From Candidatus Aegiribacteria sp. (lineage in GTDB: Bacteria > Fermentibacterota > Fermentibacteria > Fermentibacterales > JCC-6): DNA of 15,242 bases. Made by a program: the position numbers and the translations under genes. Location of the stretch: NCBI GenBank assembly GCA_046498225.1, contig JAWOBF010000066.1, positions 1 to 15,242 of the forward strand, in the 5' to 3' direction. Shown here piece after piece: positions 8,009 to 14,610 of the stretch. Below the pieces are notes generated by a model. It did no database searches. It was given only the letters and a program-made list of their open reading frames with translations, and was not told the DNA's origin. Position 1 is the stretch's first letter; every line of letters begins with the position of its first letter.

Positions 8009-8362
8009 TTAGAGCGCCTCTTCGAGCTTGGGAGCGTTCCTTCTGACCTGAAGGCGGATGCCGCCCAGATTGGCGTCCTTTGCTGCGACTACTGCCAGAA
8101 GCGCGTCCCTGCCCAGGGCGGTCATCATAACGATACCCCCCTTGTACTCCATCATGGCCTGGTCCATCTCTTCCAGACCCAGCTCACGGCCTACGCTCTC
8201 GGCGGAGCCCATTCCGGTGGAAACCATGGCGCCGATAGCCTCGGTATCGGAGGTTCCCGTGGAAGCCGCATCGATTACGAAACCGTCCCTTCCCACGCAG
8301 ACGGCAACGTCTATTCCGCTGACCTCTACAAGTCCCTCGAGTATTTTGTGAAGTTCTTCCAT
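8009..8362 (-). CDS. Second Roadblock/LC7 domain protein (MglB/MglC-like paralog)
   Basis: L..L..VSGI..AV.VGRDGFVI ... LG...M.Q.M.EY..G ... ANLG.IR, a 117 aa Roadblock pattern. Start moved to ATG 8362 (MEELHK) with RBS AAAGGA. Confidence 0.9.
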   Translation of the reverse strand: MEELHKILEGLVEVSGIDVAVCVGRDGFVIDAASTGTSDTEAIGAMVSTGMGSAESVGRELGLEEMDQAMMEYKGGIVMMTALGRDALLAVVAAKDANLGGIRLQVRRNAPKLEEAL

Positions 8363-8379
8363 GTCACGTCCTTTCTTTA

Positions 8380-8402
8380 TGTGAAAAAGAGGATTTTTCA
8401 CA
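8380..8402. promoter_or_regulatory. Perfect inverted repeat, candidate operator for the mgl-hydrogenase operon
   Basis: TGTGAAAAA-gagga-TTTTTCACA (9-bp arms, 5-bp spacer), 18-40 nt upstream of the first start codon. An extra half-site TTTTCAC lies at 8422-8428. The repeat is seen directly; its function is inferred. Confidence 0.5.
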
Positions 8403-8754
8403 CGCCATGGCTGATAATCGGTTTTCACTCATTGTGTATATTCTTAATACTGCGGGAATGATTGTCCAGTGTCCATTAAAGCCTGAAACGAAAATGGCCC
8501 CAGCGCCATTCGCGGCGGCTCAATTACTGCCGCGGCAAGCGTCGCTTCCCGACCTGTCAGGCGCACCCCGGACATACCACCGCAACCTGCGGGAACCGGA
8601 ATATGATGATATCCTACTATATAGCTTGTGTTTATGTATTGTATGATTATTGTCCTCTTGTTATTGGCCATGGAATCGTTATGAACTACATGGAAATGAA
8701 GCTGGGGTAATAGTTGAGAGCTGAGAGAAAAATGGACATTCGAAAGGGAGGGAC

Positions 8755-9189
8755 ATGGTTTTTTTGATAATCACTTCGCTGCTGGTTTCCGCTCCGGGAG
8801 CCGGCACCTTTGAACTGGGCGCTATTCTGGGAGAACCCACCGGCATATCCGCAAAGTACTGGTTCAGCCCCGCTACCGCTTTTGACGCGGCCGTCTCGTG
8901 GTCACTGAGGGACGAACATGAAGATATGTACATCCACGGTGACTTCCTGTGGCATAACTTCAGTATCATCGGGAGCGCCAGCGATCTTGTCCCCATCTAC
9001 TACGGAATAGGCGGACGGGCCATACTGGCGGATGACCCGAGGCTGGGAGCAAGGGTACCCGTGGGAATATCGTGGCTCCTCGGCGGGGCCCCGCTGGACC
9101 TCTTCGTCGAGGTGGCCGGAATACTCGATGTTGTTCCTGATACCGATTTCGACGTGAACGGCGGAATCGGTATCAGGTTCGTCTTCTGA
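8755..9189 (+). CDS. Small outer-membrane beta-barrel protein (DUF3996-like)
   Basis: Hydrophobic signal-like N-terminus, LGAILGEPTGISAKYW, alternating amphipathic strands, YYGIGGR, LGARVPVG and terminal GGIGIRFVF ending in Phe (Bam signal). RBS GGGAGG. Confidence 0.8.
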   Translation: MVFLIITSLLVSAPGAGTFELGAILGEPTGISAKYWFSPATAFDAAVSWSLRDEHEDMYIHGDFLWHNFSIIGSASDLVPIYYGIGGRAILADDPRLGARVPVGISWLLGGAPLDLFVEVAGILDVVPDTDFDVNGGIGIRFVF

Positions 9190-9209
9190 AGGGGCTGGCC
9201 AGCTTTTCG

Positions 9210-9238
9210 GGGACTGCCGGAATAAGCCCGGCAGTCCC
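9210..9238. terminator. Hairpin between convergent genes, possible terminator
   Basis: GGGACTGCCGG-aataagc-CCGGCAGTCCC, a perfect 11-bp stem 20 nt after the OMP stop codon. It lacks a clear downstream U-tract on either strand. Confidence 0.55.
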
Positions 9239-9340
9239 TGAATAAGAGGTCACTCCGAAGCACATGGGGCCCAGCGGGGCCGGGTTGGTCAAATCGTCTC
9301 TCATTCATCCTCCGTTCAGGTTCCGGACCGGACGATACAC

Positions 9341-10588
9341 TCAAGTGCCGTACTTCTCGATTATCTCGTTCTTTCCCATACCCAGAATTCCGTACTTGTC
9401 CCCGACCTTTCGGAAAGCCTCCACGCACTTGTCGATATGCTCCTTCTCGTGGGCGGCGGATAGCTGTACTCGAATCCTGGCCTTGCCGGCGGGCACCACC
9501 GGGAAGAAGAAGCCGATGACGTAGATGCCCTCGGCGTACATGTCCCGGGCCATATCATTGGCCAGCTTGGCGTTGTAGAGCATTACGGGCACGATGGGAG
9601 TCTGGCCGGGGCGCATGTTGAGGCCCGCCTCCTCCAGCCTGCCCCGGAAGTACTGTGTGTTCCACTCCAGCTTGTCACGCCGCTCGGTGCTCCCGGATAC
9701 CAGGTCTATCACCTTGATGGAAGCGTTGACTATGGGAGGCGCCAGGGAATTGCTGAACAGGTAGGGTCTGGCCTTCTGCCTGCACAGCTCAACCAGCTCC
9801 CTCCTTCCGGAGACGCAGCCTCCGGAAGCCCCTCCGAGGCCTTTGCCGAAAGTTGTGGTGATGATGTCCACATCGTCCATGACGTCGAAGTGCTCGTGGG
9901 TTCCCCTGCCGGTCCGGCCTATGAAGCCGGAAGCGTGGGAATCATCCACCAGGAGCATGGCATCGTACTTTCCGCAGAGTTCGGCCATCTCGTCGAGCGG
10001 GGCAAGGTCGCCGTCCATGGAGAATACGCCGTCGGTGACCACCATCCGGGTCCTCTTGTCCTGGTGCAGTTCCAGCTTCTTTTTCAGGTGCTTCATGTTC
10101 ATGTGCTTGAAGGTGTCGTACTCCGCTGAGCAGAGGCGGATGCCGTCCACCAGGGAAGCGTGGATGAGCCTGTCGGCTATTATGACGTCCTCCTGGCCCA
10201 GGATGGCCTCGAAAACACCCGAGTTTGCGTCCATGCAGGACGGGAAGAGAAGTGTATCCTCCATTCCCAGGAATGCCGAGACCTTGTCCTGAAGCTCCCT
10301 GTGTATATCCTGGGTGCCGCAGATGAACCTTACCGAACTCATGCCGTAGCCGCGCTTGTCCAGGCCTTCGTGCGCGGCCTTGATGACCTCCGGGTGGCTG
10401 GAGAGACCCAGGTAGTTGTTGGCGCAGAAATTAAGGACCTTCTTCAGCTTCGACCCTTCCGGGTACTCAACCTCTATCTCCGCGTCCTGCTCGGAGCAGA
10501 TGAACCGCTTCTCCTTGAACAGGCCGTCTTCCCTAATCTGATGGATCTCATCCGCGAAAATGTTCCGTGTCTTGTCGCTGAATGCCAT
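9341..10588 (-). CDS. kbl: Glycine C-acetyltransferase (2-amino-3-ketobutyrate CoA ligase), PLP-dependent alpha-oxoamine synthase
   Basis: NFCANNYLGLS, SVRFICGTQDIH, TDGVFSMDG, DDSHASG, TFGKGLGGASGG (PLP Lys), RPYLFSNS and ARIRVQLSAAH. Confidence 0.93.
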   Translation of the reverse strand: MAFSDKTRNIFADEIHQIREDGLFKEKRFICSEQDAEIEVEYPEGSKLKKVLNFCANNYLGLSSHPEVIKAAHEGLDKRGYGMSSVRFICGTQDIHRELQDKVSAFLGMEDTLLFPSCMDANSGVFEAILGQEDVIIADRLIHASLVDGIRLCSAEYDTFKHMNMKHLKKKLELHQDKRTRMVVTDGVFSMDGDLAPLDEMAELCGKYDAMLLVDDSHASGFIGRTGRGTHEHFDVMDDVDIITTTFGKGLGGASGGCVSGRRELVELCRQKARPYLFSNSLAPPIVNASIKVIDLVSGSTERRDKLEWNTQYFRGRLEEAGLNMRPGQTPIVPVMLYNAKLANDMARDMYAEGIYVIGFFFPVVPAGKARIRVQLSAAHEKEHIDKCVEAFRKVGDKYGILGMGKNEIIEKYGT

Positions 10589-10603
10589 ATGCCCTACCCC
10601 CGA

Positions 10604-10852
10604 TCAGCCCTGGTGTTTCTGAACAAGCCTGCATATGGAGTTCACAGTGTCGAAAGCCTCCGGTGTAGCCTCATCGTCGGGGAGGTTGATCTTGTACTTG
10701 TTCTCCAGGAACCTCTTGAGAGAAACCATGGAAAAGCTGTCGACGATCCCCGATGAGATAAGGGGGGAATCGTAGGAAACCTCATCCTCATCGTCCTCGT
10801 CAAGATATTCATCGACTATGTACTCCAGTACTATCTCCTTCATTTCATCCAT
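10604..10852 (-). CDS. Stand-alone acyl/peptidyl carrier protein
   Basis: 82 aa, very acidic, with the phosphopantetheinylation motif LISSGIVDSFSMVSL and the ending F.TV.SI. Confidence 0.9.
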   Translation of the reverse strand: MDEMKEIVLEYIVDEYLDEDDEDEVSYDSPLISSGIVDSFSMVSLKRFLENKYKINLPDDEATPEAFDTVNSICRLVQKHQG

Positions 10853-10871
10853 TTCAGCTCCTTTCAGCTGA

Positions 10872-12620
10872 CTATTCGTCCGAGAGGGTCGACAGGTCGC
10901 CGACCTCCTCTCCCCATTCTATCGCCTTGAGATATCTTCTGACTATCTTTCCGGAACGGGTCTTTGGAAGCTTGTCACGGTACTCTATCTCCTGGGGCAT
11001 CGCCAGGGGAGAGAGCCTCTTCCTGATGAAGTTCATTATGTCGAGTTCCAGTTCATCCGATGGCTCGTAACCCGGTTTCAGTGTTACGAAGGCTTTCACC
11101 ACCTCCATATTGACCTCGTCCGGCTTGCCTATCGCTGCGGCCTCCGCCACAGCCTCGTGCTCCACCAGGGCGGATTCTATCTCGAAGGGTCCCACCAGGT
11201 GTCCTCCGGTGTTTATGACGTCGTCGTCCCTTCCCACGAACCAGAAGTAACCGTCGGAGTCGATGCTCGCCCTGTCGCCGGAAACGTACCACAGGTCCCT
11301 GTTCTGCCGCAGCTGGTCGGGGGTGGCGTCATCGGACGCTCCAACGAACTTGCTCCTGTATATCTCGGGTTTCTTCCAGTACTGCCTGAACATGGAAGGC
11401 CATCCCGGACGGAACGCGATGAGGCCCACCTTGCCCGGCTCCCCGACGGGTTCATGGGTAGCCAGGTCGAGAACAGCCGCCTCGATCCCGGGGAAGGGCC
11501 TGCCCATGGACCCGGGCTTTATCTCCATGCCGGGATAGTTGCTTATCATCATGGCTCCGGTCTCGGTCTGCCAGAAGGTATCATGGAACCGGAGTCCGTC
11601 AAAGACCTCGCCGCTCCAGATCACCGCTTCAGGATTCAGGGGTTCTCCCACCGATGCCAGATGACGCAGGGATGAGAGATCGTACTTTTTCACCACTTCC
11701 TCACCGTCCTTCATCAGTGCCCTGATAGCGGTGGGGGCGGAGTACCATACGGTGACCCTGTTGTCCTGTATGAACTTGTACCATCTGTTGGAAGTGAAGC
11801 CCGAATCCAGCACGCACTGTGTGGCTCCCAGCGACCAGGGACCGATTATTCCGTAGCTGGTTCCGGTGACCCATCCCGGGTCGGCCGTGCACCAGTAAAT
11901 GTCATCATCCTGAAGGTCAAGGACCCAGCTTGTGGTCAGTGCCTGTCCCCATACCGAGTCATGCACGTGCAGGGCCCCCTTGGGCTGCCCTGTGGTCCCC
12001 GATGTGTAATGGAGCACCGAGGGGGTTTCCGGGCCGGACTGGTACACTTCGAAATCCCGGACCGGAGGAGCCTTCTCCACTTCAAAGAATATCTCGCCCT
12101 CCCTCAGCTTGTCCGGGTTGCCCTCCACCACGATTACCTTTTCCAGCCGGGGCAGCCGGTCCTGTATCTTGCGGACCTTCCTCACGTGCTTGCCTGTGGT
12201 GAGAATGGCTTTTGTGCCTGCGCTGGCCAGCCTGACCTCCAGGGATTCGTCCCCGAATGCGGAAAAGAGCGGCTGAGCTATACCGCCCATCTTCAGGATT
12301 CCGAGGAAGGAGAAATAGAGGCTGGGAATCTTGTCCATGAAGATGCATATCCTGTCCCCAGGTTCCAGGCCCTGCTCCTGGAGGAACCGGGCGAACCCGT
12401 TGGAATAGACCTTCAGATCGTTGAAGGTGTACGTAGCGCTCCTGTCGCCGAATCCCTCCCAGATCAGCGCGGGTTTCTCTCCCCTGCCCATGCTGCAGAC
12501 CCGGTCGGAGCAGATGGCCCCGATGTTGAGCAGTTCTCCCTCCTTCCAGTCCAGGACCTTCTTCGCCATATCCCAGCTGAAATCATCGACTCTCTTCTCG
12601 TAGGATCCGATATTGCTCAA
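10872..12620 (-). CDS. acsA: Acetate--CoA ligase-like AMP-forming acyl-CoA/acyl-ACP synthetase
   Basis: HYTSGTTGQPKG, WCTADPGWVTG, SVGEPLNPE, DTFWQTETG, GRDDDVI and LPKTRSGKI.RR. TTG start with RBS GGAGGA. Confidence 0.9.
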   Translation of the reverse strand: MSNIGSYEKRVDDFSWDMAKKVLDWKEGELLNIGAICSDRVCSMGRGEKPALIWEGFGDRSATYTFNDLKVYSNGFARFLQEQGLEPGDRICIFMDKIPSLYFSFLGILKMGGIAQPLFSAFGDESLEVRLASAGTKAILTTGKHVRKVRKIQDRLPRLEKVIVVEGNPDKLREGEIFFEVEKAPPVRDFEVYQSGPETPSVLHYTSGTTGQPKGALHVHDSVWGQALTTSWVLDLQDDDIYWCTADPGWVTGTSYGIIGPWSLGATQCVLDSGFTSNRWYKFIQDNRVTVWYSAPTAIRALMKDGEEVVKKYDLSSLRHLASVGEPLNPEAVIWSGEVFDGLRFHDTFWQTETGAMMISNYPGMEIKPGSMGRPFPGIEAAVLDLATHEPVGEPGKVGLIAFRPGWPSMFRQYWKKPEIYRSKFVGASDDATPDQLRQNRDLWYVSGDRASIDSDGYFWFVGRDDDVINTGGHLVGPFEIESALVEHEAVAEAAAIGKPDEVNMEVVKAFVTLKPGYEPSDELELDIMNFIRKRLSPLAMPQEIEYRDKLPKTRSGKIVRRYLKAIEWGEEVGDLSTLSDE

Positions 12621-12654
12621 GTGGTGTCCTCCATTCCTTTACTGGACTATTTCG

Positions 12655-13026
12655 TCAGCCCTGCATTGTAACTATCGCTATGGCGCAATCCCTGGTATGG
12701 CTTAGGGAGAGATTGGTTACACTCACATTCCTCTCCTCCGCCATCTTCAGGGCGGCACCGCTGAGTTCTATGCACACCGCGCCCGATTCCTCCCTTACGA
12801 CTTCCACGTTCTTCCATCTGAGGCCCTGGGACAGACCGGCACCAAGGGACTTGAAAGCCGCTTCCTTCGCGGCGAACCTGGCCGCGTAGCTTTCCCACGG
12901 ACGAGCTCTGGAAGAACAGTAGCCTATCTCCCGGGGCAGGAACAGTTCCTCCACCATTCCACTGTCAAGACGGCTCCTGAAGACCTCAACGTCCACAATA
13001 TCTATGCCGACCCCGATAAGTCTCAA
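12655..13026 (-). CDS. acpS: Holo-ACP synthase (4'-phosphopantetheinyl transferase)
   Basis: GVGIDIVDV, AARFAAKEAAFKSLG, W..VEV and LSLSH. 123 aa. TTG start with RBS GGGAG. Confidence 0.93.
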   Translation of the reverse strand: MRLIGVGIDIVDVEVFRSRLDSGMVEELFLPREIGYCSSRARPWESYAARFAAKEAAFKSLGAGLSQGLRWKNVEVVREESGAVCIELSGAALKMAEERNVSVTNLSLSHTRDCAIAIVTMQG

Positions 13027-13161
13027 GTGAGCTTTCTCCCAGGCTGTTCTTCAAAGGGTAAAATACACCGATAAACCTTAACACGATACCGGGTCCGTGT
13101 CCACAGCGGGCGGACGGATGCCTCACTTGACGAGAAGGCCTGCGGGGTAGATAGAATCGGT

Positions 13162-14538
13162 ATGGCTGTAAGAACCCGCCGCCGGCTCGGAGCATCACTT
13201 GCTGCGCCTTCTTTTCTGGCTGCAGCCACCCTGCTCCTGTTCCTTCTCGGGGCGGGGTCCATGAAGGTGCCTCCCATGGACGATACCTACATTCACCTGG
13301 TCTACGGGAGCAGCCTGTTCTCCGGTGCGCCCCTCTGCTACAACGGCTCCATGCCCTCTTCGGGATTCACCAGCCCCCTCTGGCTACTGCCGTCATCCCT
13401 GGCTTCGCTTGCAGGCTCCGAGGCCGGTCCGGTCCTTCTCATGGGCTTCTCCCTGGCGGCTGCGCTTGTCGCTCTGCTCATGCTGGATACCGGGACCGCA
13501 GCCGTACTGGTATTTGCAGGACCCTTCCTGTTCCACGCATCCAGCGGAATGGAAACCGCCCTGTCCTGTATCGCCGTGATAGCGGTCTGGAAATGGATAG
13601 ACACCGCCGGGTCTCCACAGACCGGAGGGCTTCTGCTTGCCGGCGCTTTTCTGGTCAGACCGGAGCTGGTTTGTCTGGCCGTACCCATGCTTGTATCCAT
13701 GAGGAACGGATCCGTGCCCGGCACTGTCCGCCTTCTTCTTCCCGCGGCAGTATCCGGAGTTCTCTGGATGGTCTGGAATCTTCACTCAGCCGGCCTTCCT
13801 CTCCCTTCCACATTCTACGCTAAACAAGCGGTGTCATGGCCCTCGGCGGCGGCCGCCGGGCTTCCGGGGCTCCTCAGGGGACTTCTTCTCACCTCTCCCC
13901 TGCTTCTTTTCGCCGCCGCCACTTCGGTGATAACTCTCCTGAGGCGGAAGGATGACGGCAGACGCTCCGCGGCGCTGGCCCTGGTTCCCCTCATCCTGTT
14001 CTTCACCGCCCTTGCCACACAGCCCAACGCCTACTTCCAGATGCGTTACTACCTGCCCGCCATTACGGCCTCGGCACTGGCAGCCGGCCTGTGGCTGAAG
14101 GGACTGGGAAAAAAACGCAGACTGAACACGATCATACTGGCGGTATCGATGATACCGGGTCTGCTGGTGTTTTCCTCCCGGCGGCTTGACGCCTCCATCG
14201 ACGTGCTGAACATCGATGTCCTTCCCGCCCGGTACCTTCGGGAAGAGGCCTTCGCGGAAGAAACGGTCGCCGCCGCCGACATAGGCGCCGTGAAGTGGAT
14301 AACGGGAATGGAAGTGCTGGACCTCGACGGCCTGGTAACGCCTGAAAGGCTTCCCGGCAGCGGCAGGGAAGGCTGGTCATGGATCAGGGAACGGGCGGAT
14401 TACCTCCTTGCTTTCCCGACCCAGTATTCAGCTCTGGTGGAAAGCGGAAGCGGCTCGCTGGAGTTCCTTGCCGGTTTTGGAAGTCCCGCCTGCGTCATCT
14501 GCGGAGAGGATTCCGTGGCCCTCTGGAGGATAAACTAG
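13162..14538 (+). CDS. Polytopic membrane protein, probable GT-C-fold glycosyltransferase
   Basis: DD motif after TM1 (MDDTYIH), G..YNG...SGFTSPLW, SGMETAL, LVRPE, LPSTFYAK and RYYLP, plus a C-terminal soluble domain with DIGA...DLDGL. Many hydrophobic helices. The start codon is uncertain. Confidence 0.7.
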   Translation: MAVRTRRRLGASLAAPSFLAAATLLLFLLGAGSMKVPPMDDTYIHLVYGSSLFSGAPLCYNGSMPSSGFTSPLWLLPSSLASLAGSEAGPVLLMGFSLAAALVALLMLDTGTAAVLVFAGPFLFHASSGMETALSCIAVIAVWKWIDTAGSPQTGGLLLAGAFLVRPELVCLAVPMLVSMRNGSVPGTVRLLLPAAVSGVLWMVWNLHSAGLPLPSTFYAKQAVSWPSAAAAGLPGLLRGLLLTSPLLLFAAATSVITLLRRKDDGRRSAALALVPLILFFTALATQPNAYFQMRYYLPAITASALAAGLWLKGLGKKRRLNTIILAVSMIPGLLVFSSRRLDASIDVLNIDVLPARYLREEAFAEETVAAADIGAVKWITGMEVLDLDGLVTPERLPGSGREGWSWIRERADYLLAFPTQYSALVESGSGSLEFLAGFGSPACVICGEDSVALWRIN

Positions 14539-14610
14539 CTGGACAGGAGCCCCCTTGCTGGACTATTGTATTGCACTGTGAAAAAATGAAGAACCGGGAG
14601 CGGAAGGCAT

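Noticed and set aside
8380..8402. Canonical CRP or Rex binding site
   Set aside because: The half-sites match, but the TGTGA-TCACA spacer is 13 bp rather than 6 or 8.
8483..8610. Known riboswitch (c-di-GMP-I/II, NiCo, cobalamin, ZTP)
   Set aside because: I could not find the conserved cores of these families by eye on either strand. An Rfam search is needed.
8407..8671. Short ORFs 8407..8646 (+) and 8444..8671 (-) in the intergenic region
   Set aside because: No convincing RBS or protein-like features. The region looks like a divergent promoter or leader.
9341..10588. Serine palmitoyltransferase or BioF assignment suggested by the ACP context
   Set aside because: The motifs NFCANNYLGL, SVRFICGTQ and RPYLFSNS are Kbl-type, and the adjacent ligase looks short-chain specific.
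13023..13277. 84 aa minus-strand ORF abutting acpS
   Set aside because: It overlaps the start of the GT-C-like gene on the opposite strand and has no recognisable features. acpS has its own RBS.
14559..14575. Sigma-54-like promoter TGGACTATTGTATTGCA upstream of the kinase
   Set aside because: GG-to-GC spacing is 11 nt rather than the strict 10, and the -24 element is a poor match.
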